This document shows, piece by piece, positions 1-12,469 of a stretch of DNA of 64,000 nucleotides. The first letter of the stretch is position 1. Each line of letters starts with the position of its first letter. The notes under the pieces were generated by a model. That model did not search any database, was not told where the DNA came from, and saw only the letters and a program-made list of their open reading frames with translations. Source of the DNA: Klebsormidium nitens (Eukaryota > Plantae > Klebsormidiophyceae); contig DF236989.1 of assembly GCA_000708835.1 (NCBI GenBank), positions 1 to 64,000 on the forward strand, written 5' to 3'. The translations under genes and the position numbers were made by a program.

Positions 1-117
1 TCACAGCGCAAGGAGGACGGCGCCTCCTTGCTTCCCCTCAACAACCCGCCCACAGCTACCGCTGTTTCCCACCCGTTGTTGAGTTCTTGTCGCACGTTGC
101 GATCTTCTCTCTTCCGC

Positions 118-322
118 AGTGATCTACCTTCGCGCGCGCACAGCGCACGTGCGGTGCTCAGGCGTCTGGCGTCCCAGTACCGGGCTCTCCCTCCAGGCGA
201 GCTCCCCGTTCCGGCGTCCCGGCGTTCCGGCGAACCAGTGGCGACTCGGCGGCGTCTCGAAGACGGCGACCGGGCGGTGCTTCATCGCCGGCGGCCTCGG
301 GCGTTACCGTAGTTCAGTTTAG
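118..322 (+). CDS. Probable terminal exon of a gene starting upstream of the window (product unknown)
   Basis: Strong pyrimidine-rich acceptor CTTCTCTCTTCCGCAG ending at ~117, then a GC3-rich frame to TAG at 320-322. The opposite strand shares the same third positions (MKHRPVAVFETPP... with a possible donor), so the strand is ambiguous. Confidence 0.3.
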
Positions 323-908
323 TTTAGTCATTACCAACTAGACTTCGTCGTCGTACAGACGTAGAACAATTTGGCAGTTTCCATTTGCACTCTTCGCGTT
401 AACGAGTCTGTTGGATAGCGCAAAGTGCATTAGGCAGTTAGCCAGACATTTGCACAACATACATTCTGCCATTCGTGGCCGGTCCTATTCATAATAAACC
501 GGCCTAGGCAGCGCGGCGCTATCCCTCTCGGGGAACGTCTGTGTGAGCCTTGCACGAGCCGATCTTGCCTACCCTATTCTGTCCCTTCCCATCACACATT
601 CGCAGTGCTTCGCACTGCGATCATCTATTAACGTTCTCGTTAATAGCTGAGAACCCTGAGGCTGAGGAGCTGAGAAAACAGTGAACCTCAGAATATTCAA
701 CAGTTTCGGCTAAACCTCAAAACGAGCTCCAGTTACCTGTGGGCGCTGTCGTCCAGCAAGCTGGAGCTCCATCTCTCCTTGTTTGCAGATGTTTTGAGAG
801 AGAGAGAGAGCATTCTGATTTGTAATTTGTATGTAGAAGCGGCTGCATTTTAAGTTGGCCATTCCCAGGCGGTTTCCTACAGAAGTCTTTTGCTTTTTAG
901 CAGCAAAC

Positions 909-3900
909 ATGAGTGGTGCACCCAGTTCATTGGGCCACAGCCGCGGGCCGATCTCGCTGGCGCCGCCACCCAGTCGCAATGCATTTGTTGACAGCATGTC
1001 ATCCACCAGCGCATCAAGGCATGTCAAGCTGAAGTTCCGCTCTTCTCACCCATCCTCCAGAGCATTTGCAGCGCAGATTGCTGTAATGCAGAAGTGTCAT
1101 TCCTGTGGAAGCATGCTTCCAAATCCCCTGCTCACACCTCCATTGACATTGCGGCGAAAGAGATACAACCTTAGATGTAAGGCTCCGAAACAGACCAGAT
1201 TGAAGAAAACCACAAGTGGTACATTAACTAGAGCGGGGATGGAGCATGTGGCGTGGACTGAGAAGAAGAAGGCAGTGGTGGTAGGAGGCGGCTGGGTGAG
1301 TCAAGCGAAGCCAGACCTGGGAGTAGCATTACTTTCAGCTTTCAAAAGGATTGTTCGACATATTTCTCGAGACAAGTTGAAGCTGTTGGACCATCAATCT
1401 GGATAATACATTCCAAGTTTCGTTTTTCAAAATTCTCCACTGGTTTGGAGTGGTTGTGGCTGTTCGGACCTTAACATCATTCCAGCACAACGAGGAAGGC
1501 TATCAAATTGTCCCTGCAACTGATGCTGTGTCAGCCTGGCAGGCAGGCTTTGGAGCAGCGTACCAGCTAGCACGCTGCGGCTTTGCTGTGACCCTTTTGG
1601 ACGCGTCCCCCGACCCAGGGGGCCTTAGCGGAGGCTTCCGTACCAGCCAAGGGAGAGCGGTCGAGGCTGGTATGAAAGGATTTTGGTAGGTGCGGGCTTC
1701 ATACTCCCACCTTTTGGGTAGCAAACTCTTACATGTATGGACTGGTGATTGAGGAACACCACTGTTGCTTCAAACCGCTCAATACACCTAGGTCCCATCT
1801 TCTTGGGCCATACAGTGGCCAGCAGCACGGAAGCGGCCCCAGATTTTTGAGGTCAGGAAGCCCTGCTCTGTCTCGATGAGGAGCTGTTCTGGTCTGTACT
1901 TGATTGCCGTGGGTCACTGTTGACCCCTGCTGTGGTTATCAGCTGTAGTTATTGGGTGTGATGCGTCTTTGTTGGTTGTAGGTATCAGCTGCAGTATGGA
2001 AGTTGAGAGTCACCTGGGGGTAGCTTGTTCACATTGAGCCATGATTTCTATATTGGAATGGACGAGTCAGGGTCTTTGGCTCTCCAAAACGTCTACTTTG
2101 TCACGTGAAAAGCACAGTGGTGGTTCTTACAAACGAGCTGAGAAACTTTGAGGGTGGCGTGACATACCTTAAACTGGTAAAGTGCACACGCCGCACCAAC
2201 TTGCCAGAAAGAAACGACTTTGATCTGGATTCATGGTGCAGGTATCAGTATCACAACATCTATCGCCTCGTCGAGGAGCTGAGCATCGTGAGTCTGGCGC
2301 CGGCCCTCTGTCTTACTTGCTGAATGTCCTTGACTTCGAAGTTTACTGCCTTCGCCGAAACCGTGGAACCGGGTAACTTTTACTCCATTTCAATAGAAGA
2401 TGAGGTTCTTGACAACACACGCTCTAAGCAACAATGCTATTGGCAATAAGACCAAAAGTCGATCCTCATCAAACAGCATTTTTCTTCATACGATGACCCG
2501 TTTCTGCCACGTGCGCTGTTTGGACCACACTTTGATTTCATTGACGACTCTGGTGCCAATCGGATTCGCAGACACCAAACATTCGAAACGGGCAACTGCA
2601 TTCACGTTGCCTCTTATATCAGACCCGCTTCCTCCATGCTCCCGTGCCTCTCAATCAATAACTTCGGCAGGAAGAGACGATGGAAGATGGCCTAACTTTT
2701 GTCTCATCTCCCGTCTGCTTTGGATCCGCTTTCTGTCTGCTCTGATTTCGTATCCAAAGGGGGGGTCGTAAAAGCTGGTTTCTCTGCCTGGTCCAGCTCC
2801 CCCCCTTCACGGAGTGGACCCGCAGCTCGTTCTACTCTCCAGCGGGAATCCAGGTCGAAGCGCCCGTGTTCCAAGACCTGCCCCGCCTGCCGACGCCCCT
2901 TGGGAGCTTCCTCTACACGTCGCCCTACTTTCGGCAAGTCGTCACCTCTTTCTGCTGGGTCGAAGCGTTTGTTGCTTTCGCTAAGGGAACGAGTGCCTTG
3001 AGATAAGGTTTGAAGACGTCAATCTGCGCATCGGTCATCCGCTTGTACTTAGTCACGAGCTTGACTTCTCCGTGGAGTCTCTCATTCGTGGTGCCTGCAG
3101 TTTATAAAGTTAACTTTATTCTTCCACGAAAGCACTTTCATAAGTGAAGATGCCGTTCGCTTTTGGTCCTCTGCAGATCACTTCCAATCGCCGACCGTCT
3201 GACCGCCATCCCGTTAGTACAGGCCCTGGTAGAGTTCGACGTGGTGAGTCTCCTGCTTCTCGGAGGCTCGGCTACATGGGTCCGGCTGTTGACATTTGGC
3301 TATTACACCATGCGCTCGCACAAGAGATTGTCCTAGATTTTCTACAGGCCCACGAATCGACTTCGACGACAAGTCTGCTATTACCTGCCTTCTCGGGCCC
3401 CTTATTACCTCGCACCCAAGATATTGCTCTCGACGAAGAGTTCGATATTCTCATAGAGTCGGAGAGTATGGTATGTCGTCGGATCCCGCAATTCGCACCT
3501 AATGACTTGCAGACTGGCCGTGCAAAATCTTGGGTGCGAGTTTCAGGTGCCCGAGCTTGAGAACTGTGAAACACACAAAGTGAACCTGGACGGACGGAAC
3601 AAGAAAGGTTCGTAGCATTGTTCGACAGGACGAGGAGGCATATGCTCGCTACGACGCGATGACCGCAAGGGAGCTGTTCCGAAGCGCGGGCGTCTCGGCG
3701 CGGCTGTACCGCGAGTTCCTGGAGCCGATCTTGCTTGTCACCCTTTTCGCGCCAGGCGAACAGCTGTCCGGTGAGGGTGCACGGAATCGGAAACGCGAAT
3801 GCGGTGTTCTCTTTTTCTCTGCAGCTGTCGCCGTTTTAGGCGCGCTCTACTACTCGTGCTTAAGCATCAAGTGAACTTTGACTCGTGCTGCAGGCGATAC

Positions 3901-6770
3901 GGGATCCTTAGAGGATCTTCCGCCATTTCTAGATATTGGCAGTTTACTGCATGAACGCTTGGTTTCTCTTTGCAGCTGCCGCTGCTTTGGGCGCGATTTA
4001 CTACTACGTGCTTGCGCACCAAGCCAACTTCGACGTTCGGTGGTGCAGAGATTCGGAAAATAGAAAATATGTCTCGATGAGTTTAAATCCGAAAGTAACC
4101 GATCTTCTCTGCAGCTGCCGCCGCTCTAGGTGCCCTTTATTATTATGTGCTCGCACATCAAGCGGACTTCGACGTGCGGTGGTGCAAGGGTCCCGTCGTC
4201 GAGTCGCTCTTCGCCCCATGGCGGAGAAAGCTGGAGATTATGGGCGCTAGGATTTTGGGAGGCCAGAGAGTGCAGAGGGTGACGGTGGATGACGTCAGCG
4301 GGCGAGCGACGGCCATCACCGCGAGTAAGCACCGCTCAGATCCTCGGGAACCGGTAGATCAAACATGCCGGGCCGTAAATTCCGGATGCTGAATTCCTAT
4401 ATCTAGGGTGATGAACCTTGGATCCAAAGGTCTCTGTTTCCTTTTGTTGCTTGTATGGAGAGCAAAGCCAATGCAGACAGATTCCCTGGTTGAGCGTTCG
4501 CAAGCTCTGGCTTGAATCGTCCAATCAGCAAACGGATACAAAGCAGATTCGACAGAGCATCACCAGCATGCTCTCGCTGGAAGGATGTAGTCAGCATAAG
4601 AGTACAGCGTGATAGGATTCAAGGACTCGAGGAGAACGGGTCGGGTCAATTTGAGGAGTTGGGTGGATAGTTATACCGTTCTTATTATCTGGTCGGTTAA
4701 TTTGGTCGGATGATCCCAACTTCCCTGTACTACGAGTGGCTGTCAGTTTAAACTAAGGTTGCTATTCAGAGGTTGTATTCGTCAAAATCATTGTGCTGAT
4801 GGATCATTGGCCCGTGAGAAAACCATCTTAACTTGATAGTCTGAAAAGCCTTGAAATCTGCAGTCGACTCCAACGGTCAGGCGACGACGTTCTCAGCCGA
4901 CGCCGTCGTTTTTGCGGTGGGCGTGAACGCGATGCAACGGATCGTCGCCACGTCACCCCCTCTGGCGGACCGCCCGGATTTCGCGGGCTTTTCCAACCTG
5001 GGGGGGATTGACGTTCTTGCGGCAAGGCTGTGGCTTGACCGGCGGGTTACTCCGCCAAACCCATCGAATGTGTTTTCCGGGTTCGACGCGACGACTGGGG
5101 GGACGTTCTTTGACCTGAACGCGTTGCAGGTAAGACGACCGCCCGATTTGCCTGTTTGCGGGTTTCCGAATGTGACTTGGAAGTTGTGACCGTATCTGAG
5201 GACTGCCGCTTCGTTACCGAGGTGGATTTGTTGCATGATTGAAAGACTGAAGTTTCCCCTTTGCTGAACCGGCAGCCGCTTCGCTGCAATTTCCTCGAGC
5301 TGCCCTGCAACTTCGACGCCTTATTGCCTTTTTACTTTTTCTTGACTTCTGCTTCGATTCTTCTTTGTGACACCCCTTCGTCTCCTTCACTCTGGACTGA
5401 TGAACGTTTGCTGATTGAGTTCGTCGCTAGATCGTCTCGAGTGCTGGTAAACAGAGTCCTTCACAACGTGACCATGAAAGCGGCCACGGTTCCTGTGTTA
5501 CGTACCAACCCGTCCATCGAAATTCGTTTTGCTGGCGCTCTTGTCGAGACGTCTCTCACAGAAAAGTCGTATAATAAAACGAAACGGTTTCCAGGACGAG
5601 TACCGGAACGAAGCCGGCAGCGTCATCGAAGTCGACTTCTACCACGCGAACCAGCTGCTTCCGCTGCCGGATGACGTCATCGTGGACCGGGTACTGAACC
5701 GGTACCTCGCGGGCTGCGAACCGGGCTTTGGCGGCGCGAAGGTTCTGGACAGCAGCGTGCTCCGATTCAAGGGCGCTGTCACGCTCTTTGGGCCAGGGTC
5801 GCACCAGGTAAATCGAATCTTAACCAGGCCAGGGGCTTGAGAACGGCTCCTTGTAAATCACTAGCCCAATGACCAGCCGCGCTTTAAACTGGACATCCTT
5901 TCTTCCGATTTTATATTTTGCTTCTGCTTGATGTTCAGCACCGCGTTTCTTCGGAGCGGATGCGTCAGATATTTGTCGAGTCGGCCAGTTCTCGGCATGC
6001 GCTTTCAAAAAGACTCCTCGAACCTTCCTCAAGACTGTTTGCCAAAATCTTCTTTCCTCTTCTATGTGAGACGCCCATGCTTCGTCCAAGTACCTTCATT
6101 GTTCTGCACGTCCGGGCGCCTCCCAAGATTTGCTGAGGTCGTCCACCTTACTCAGCCGCGCTTGCCGGCAGAATTCTGTCATCATCCCCTCTCCTTCTGC
6201 TCGCTCTCCTCATTTCCAAACCGCTCCTCCGATTCATTCAAAACGTGTGCTTCGTGACTCTTCTGCAGCACATGCCCAGTACAAGCACCAGCATACCCAA
6301 CCTGTTCATGGCAGGTGACTGGCTCGCACAGGGCCCGGGCTCCCATGGGGCACGTGGCCTTTCGCAGGTGAGAATGCGCCCCGTCATCCCCGGGTGTCCG
6401 GGAAAGATGCCGCATGTTTATGTTCCGTCGACTTTTGCGGGATGAATTTCATTCCTTCCGCTAGGTCGACTTCTTACCCCACCTCGGCTCTGCATAGGAG
6501 ATGGTTGTCATCAAAGGGGTCGTAACTCGAATAAGCATTTAACCAGACATTCGACGGTTCACACCAACTTTCCTCGTGCAGGAAAAAGCCTACGTCACGG
6601 GGCTCGAAGCAGGGCGCCAAGCGGCCGTTTTGCTCGGCCAGGGGCAAAATGAGGCCGTGCCGATTCTAGGGGTTGAAGAAGACGAGCCGCACATAGCGAC
6701 GGCAAAAAGTGTAGCGAGGGAAAGCCGGAAACTTGTGAGGGATTTAGGCTTTCGATGGCCCTTGCTTTGA
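909..6770 (+). CDS. FAD-dependent oxidoreductase of the amine oxidase / phytoene desaturase-HpnE superfamily, probably plastid-targeted; 11 exons
   Basis: Exons: 909 (or 1086)-1295, 1543-1685, 2242-2287, 2797-2933, 3177-3243, 3629-3770, 4115-4324, 4864-5129, 5595-5807, 6269-6367, 6582-6770, joining in frame. Rossmann motif KKAVVVGGGWAGFGAAYQLARCGFAVTLLDASPDPGG, then VEAGMKGFWYQYHNI and PFTEWTRSSFYSPAGIQVEAPVFQDLPRLPTPLG. C-terminal NLFMAGDW and GLSQEKAYVTGLEA. Ser-rich N-terminal extension resembles a transit peptide. Confidence 0.9.
3392..3555. mobile_element. Foldback MITE-like repeat, copy 1 (intron 5 of the oxidoreductase)
   Basis: Imperfect ~36-bp terminal inverted repeats (CTCGGGCCCCTTATTACCTCGCACCCAAGATATTGC / GCAAAATCTTGGGTGCGAGTTTCAGGTGCCCGAG). 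A homologous copy lies at 19830-19983. No TSD found. Confidence 0.65.
3806..4050 (+). repeat. Two tandem partial copies of the exon-7 acceptor and 5' exon sequence
   Basis: TGCAG|CTG(T/C)CGC... occurs with exon starts at 3825, 3976 and 4115. Copies 2 and 3 translate AAAALGA(I/L)YYYVLAHQA(N/D)FDVRWC(R/K). Copy 1 is frameshifted. Confidence 0.9.
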
Positions 6771-7247
6771 GCATAGATCTGCACGTGGGCGCCGTAATCA
6801 TTTCCCCCGACCCGACTTCAGAGCAGGCCCGTACAGTGGGTTAAAGAGCATATCACTTGCCAGGCGTAAGCTAGCTTGAGCAATTTGACATGGCGCACTG
6901 GTTGAGAGCTTTATGTATTCAGCGTTTCTAGCTAGATACAATGTACTACATCAAAATTACACGTGCATGCATATGTATTGCAGCAACGTGCTCGATGGTG
7001 ACGACAGTGCACCTCACGTACCGTGACATGATCATATACTAGGGGCAGCAGAATATGCAGCTTCTGATCGGACTATAGCATGCAGGCTGATTGAAAAAAT
7101 AGCATGTCTACTGTAGCCTCTCACGTGCATGTATGCGCCGGCTGCCTTAATGTCGAACATGTCAATACCATGTGCATGTGTAAGTATTGGACTGGACGGT
7201 TCGTCCGCTAGTTGATTCGCTTTCAGTCGCAGAACTTTTATGGTGAG

Positions 7248-8374
7248 CTAGGGGGACTTCGTGATGCCCGTTTTCAAAACCAGCTTTGTTGCAGTAGATG
7301 CAAGAGCTGCCGTCCTCGAAGAGATCATATATGGCAACCAGACAACTGACTCTACATGTTGTGACTGGCAGAACATGCTGATGCAACCAAAAGAATTAAC
7401 GTCTTTCAACTGGCAAAAAACAAAACCCAGAGCTTGGAAGTTTCTCGACAGCGTGTTATGGTTCTCTCCGTATTGGTCGGTTGCGTTTTCGGACTGGTTC
7501 CGGTGATGGCTCCGGTTCGCCATTTTCCCCTTGTTCGGACAACTTAGTCTCCATCTCTTCGGCCTGGAGATTGGGAGAACAGAATTGATGTTAAGGTTGA
7601 GTTCCGAAGCTGCCAGTCTGCCGCTTGATTGTGGGTCCATAAGCGAAGCACTCATGGGAACTGACTTCAAGATATACTCAAACCTAGTTGCGTGAAAATC
7701 GGAGGAGAGGAGATCATCCCCGGGTATTGGGACCCCGCACACTGTATAGGGGTGGTGGGAACACTCCACAATGGAAAGAAGGTTGAGGTTTGGATTGCAA
7801 CAACCGCAAGTGGTTGGAATAGCTTCTTTTGACTGGCCACCAAAGACCTCCATGTTGCAGTCCACTTCATCGACAGACTGGTGCGGCGGGTTACGCAAAA
7901 AGCTCCAGAGCAACCAGTATTCGGGCTTTGCAGCCACTACAAAGGTTCGCAGCCAGCCTACCTCGTCTTCGAGCTGCTTTCCCATGACAAGGCCGCTCAG
8001 ATATGCCAGCGCAGCCGTGCCCACCGCTGCAAATAAGACAGGCTCAAATCCATCATGGCCCCTCCCACTGACTGTAGATATCTTGCACCAATCGACTGAT
8101 ATTTCATCAGATTATCAAGGTCGTCAGTAGAACGCTGCCCTTTCAGAAAACTTGCGCTTGGATACCCTCTGCTCTTGATCTGAGCAGCCTCGCTCTTCTT
8201 TGGCTGTTTTTGATTGATTAGGTAGAGTTTGACAGCCCAGTTCAAGTACAGGCGATCAGTTGGACCAAGGTCAAGGCAGCTGTTCAAAAACGGAAGCGAT
8301 TCAACATGTCGGATGACTCGCTTCAGTTGTTTCCTCCTTTTGCATAAAAGAGCAGGGGGCTCTTTAGCCTGCAC
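7248..8374 (-). pseudogene. Unresolved coding-like tract: 258-aa open frame plus an adjacent frame-shifted ORF; unknown gene or relic
   Basis: Stop-free minus frame 7248-8024 and an overlapping frame 7997-8374 after an acceptor-like TTGTGCAG. No recognisable domain and no consistent splice model found. Confidence 0.3.
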
Positions 8375-9705
8375 AATCTGCTAAAGTGTGCTTCTCAGAT
8401 AACCGCCACACAATAGTATACGCAAGCTTAGCCAGAAGCTGTGTGTATAGTGCTAGGAATGAGCCCTCCCATTGATCCGGATTTAAGTTCCGTCAAACAC
8501 TCGCCATGGAAAAGCTTCATGGCACGTACATGGGGCTGAAAGCCAAACAACATGTCAATTCAGCAACGCACTCCTGCAATGGATGCCTCACCAAGCGCTA
8601 TCAGGCTCCAGGGGTTGATTGTCTCCCCTCCAGCGGCAATTTCATACAACGGCGCCACTTGGTGCAGCGAACTCCTGCACACGCTTGCCTGTCTTTTTCC
8701 CGGTGCTCTAATATGGCTCGCGCCTAGTTGATTTTGCTGGACAAAAAGGTTCCCAGTGTTGAGTCCGAATTCTTGTGCAGCTTGCTGCCGTCTTCTGACA
8801 ATGCTGTGATTGGCTGCAATTGCCTGAGATGCGCATGGTGAAGCTGCTTTTCTCAGGCGCCTATTAGGTTGCAAAGCAGACCTCCGACACCTGAATTGTA
8901 CATTGTCTGCTGCAGCAGAAGGCTCAGCTTGCAAAGTTTCAGTTCTGCAAGTTGACCAGTTGGAAGATAGGCGCCCATTCTCGCGGAGGGAAGAGGTGCA
9001 TGCCTGCATTGTCTCAGGGTAGCTTGACTTCTCAATTGTTAGCGGGCAAGCTCTTGGAATCTTGCAACCACTTCTTGCTGATGGAATCCTCTCTCCCACT
9101 AAGGTCCCAATAGACGAGGCGCCAAAGGTTCTGCTGAAAGCCAGATTGTCCAGTGCCTGTGGAGAACTGAAGACTCAAGTTGCATACATGCTTCCTTCAA
9201 TGTCATGCCCTTTGAGCGTGCAGATCACTGTTTGATCGTCTGTACCGGTATATACTATATTCGCTCTTTTATTGAGACGCGATTTGGATGTGCAGATTTA
9301 TTACCGGAATATAATACTCAATACATAGTAGGACGGTATTGTGCTTCAATGCCGTTTCTCGAAACTTCTCGAACCTGAGGTGGAGTCGCTTTCAACACAC
9401 GTTTGCTGCCGCGGCTTCAGGCAGCTAATACCGCCGGTTCTGTCTCCACTCCCGAGCATTCACACAGAATTCTTTCGCCCAAAGTCGACAGATCTCCAAC
9501 AAAACTCAGACTCGGATCAAACCGGTTCGTTGAGCATGTTGACCATACACTGGTACAGATTGCAATGGCAGCAGTTCTGGCAACATACGCTTGAAGTTGA
9601 AGTTGAAGTGGGGATATGGATTGATATCATTTAATCAAACAAAGAGCGACTTCCTTTCCCCCTGAGGGCGCCTGTCTTTCTCTCTGCAATCTGCTGTCTC
9701 TCGCA

Positions 9706-11134
9706 ATGGCGACGCGAAGAGCAAACATACGCGACATGTCTGCAAGAGAAGTGGCCTCCCTCTTGCAGTCAAAGGACTACCCCACATTAGCCCAGGTCGT
9801 TCAGCAGCTTACATTTCTTGCCGCCGGCAATCTGCGCAAGGGCCAGGCACCAGAAGACGTAATCCCATCTCAAGCAAGGAGGGTGCAACCTGAAGAAGAG
9901 AGGGATGATTCTAGAACCGCTGCCTCATATCTGCTCTCAGAGATAGCGGCTCTGAACGGGGGCGCAGTAATCAAGCAACTTTTGAAGCAGTTTCTGGAGG
10001 TGGACGAGCGGGAGATTGTGAGGGGGGCGGTGAATGGAGACTCTCTTGCATTCCAATCAGGGATGGCGCTTGGTCCCTTGAGCAGCCACAAGCCTGTCGC
10101 CAGGCTCATTCTGCAGCATTGCAATGTGGAAAAGCTCGTCGACAGGTTTGTTGTCTGCTTAGAGCAAAGCTGTAAGCCCGGGATAGAAGGTCCCGGGACG
10201 TACTTACCTCTTGTGTTGATTGCCTTCCCAGCACTTGCGCACATGGTCCGAGCATCTAGAGAGCTCCGTGCTGAGATGCGGAAGCACGACGAGATCTTCA
10301 AGGCGCTGCATGAGGTTTTGTCAGAGCGGATTCTTAAAACGCAACGTCCAGATAACCAGAACGCCCTAAGGGGCCGCTTATCAGAGTTTCTTAATAACGT
10401 TGCCACGTGCAAGGACCTCGAAACATGGTTGATAGGGCAGGGGTATGTAGAGGCTATCGCACGCATCTTCGCAACATCGCAAGGGCGACCATTCGACTTG
10501 GCAACACAAATTGTGGGGGATCAAGCAACCATGAGGTGCTTCATGGGGTTCACACAGATGCTGGAGAATCAGGAGGTTTGCAGGCTTGTAAGAGAACGAA
10601 GGGGAATAGAGATCTTGACCCCCGTGTCTGGCACAATCAGAGGTATAGGCCCGGGAATCTGGGAGACCATGCAGGCCCAAATCAGAGGATTTGGCGCAAG
10701 GCAATATACACCTGAGGAAAGGAAAGAAACTAGGAAGGTCGCAAACCATGATCTTAGCACCCCAAAAGTGTGTGCATACCCCGGGTGCGGTGCCAAAGAA
10801 GACCCCTTCTTGAAGATCACTCTGATGGTATGCGGGCGGTGCCATATGGCATACTATTGCGGGTAAGCTCTCTAGCTCAAACCAATGTCATGTTCTGTTG
10901 CAGAGATAGCAAGAGCCTCAAAGATCCTTTGGTGTTCTTATACATGCTGCAATGCAAGCACGTCGCTTTTGCACATCACTTCTGCTCTATCTCGAAATGA
11001 TGATCAATGTTTTGGTTGTTGAACAAAGTACGGTCTTCGTTTGTTTGCTTCCACTTAGAGTGGGCTTGTCTCCTTCATGCAGCAAGGAGCATCAAAGGTT
11101 GCATTGGAAAGAGCACAAGAAGGTCTGCACATAG
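9706..11134 (+). CDS. Protein with a C-terminal MYND zinc finger and a helical (ARM-like) N-terminus; 2 exons
   Basis: Exon 9706-10862, intron GTAAGC...TGCAG, exon 11083-11134. Spliced C-terminus CAYPGCGAKEDPFLKITLMVCGRCHMAYYCGKEHQRLHWKEHKKVCT* matches the MYND pattern. Confidence 0.88.
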
Positions 11135-12469
11135 CCAAATGCATTTGCCAATTGAAAGTCCAATCCTATGGCAAAAGCAATGCAAAAGTTGGTATTGAAA
11201 CCCACATATTCTAAGAAAACACAGCATCGGTATCTAGATACACCAATATCTGCTCATGAACTCTATGGGTTTCGTTATACTAGCGTTAGGATAGGTACTC
11301 GGAAAATGCATTCTCCGGCGTTATACCTGCAATACGATAGATGCTCGGAAAACGCATTCACGTATGTCTCAGTCGACATGTAGATGACTGATGTCGGCAT
11401 AAGATGTAATTGAGAGAAGATCATGTCGCATGGGCTAAAGTTTGTGTGCCGGCCATGTGCATAGCAAACTTATATACTGCTCTAATTTGTAGCCATGAAG
11501 CTACAATCAATTGATTATAAACGGACTCTCAAGCCAATTGGGCAGGTGCGTAAGACACATGTTCACTTTGATCCTTACTAGTGCGTCTTGTAGACAGCGC
11601 ATGCCATGGCAATACATCCCATTGCATTGCAGCCGTAGTTCGATAATCCGAAAGAAGTCTTACGGGCCGGCCGCGGCGGCCTCAGATGTTATAATTTGCA
11701 GACTCAGGCTCACATGCATGCACCTAGCTATACTAAGCTCAATTAAGTATGGCATCATGCATCCGGAATTTACGCACTGCACATGGCAAATCCGGCCATG
11801 ACCTAGGCTACCAAATCATGTGCAACTTCTGTACGTGCAAGCGGGGCCCCGTCGTTGTCGACTCTCATAGAATATGTATGTATGCCGTACAGCTGCATAT
11901 GTCGGCTTGGTGCACTAGGACCATTGTCTAGGCCGCTGCCAAACTCTAGCACCCATGCCAATGGTATATTGCGTCAAATCTACAGGATTCAGTGCATGGC
12001 GGCAGCCACTCTGACACATCACTGGCATGCTGCCACTCAGGTATGCTGAATCAGCCCTGCGCACCGGGAGTAGTAATAAGATACTTTCAGAAGAGAATGC
12101 CACGTGCGGACAGTTCCAAGAGCTGCCGGCCGCCCATTACGTCTGGCCGAAAACGTCGCAAGCACAAGCCCCAAGCTGCAGCGCCCAGCTACCCAACCAT
12201 GCAGTCAGTGCATATTACTTCACATTGAGAGGAGGTTTCAAAACACTGGCTTCGATGAAGATTGCGTAGATCCGGATTTAAGCGATCGGTGCACTGGTCT
12301 CAGTGAATTACTACGCATAGGATCCTGCACGGCCTTGCTTTTCAATGGCTGTTGGAATACGTTTCAAATCTCGTGTTTCAAAAGACCTAGACTTCAACTC
12401 CAATTCTCGTTGGATGTTGACAAGATCTTCAAGGGTGGTCGGAAGCCAGACTGTAGATCAGTGTGGCGT

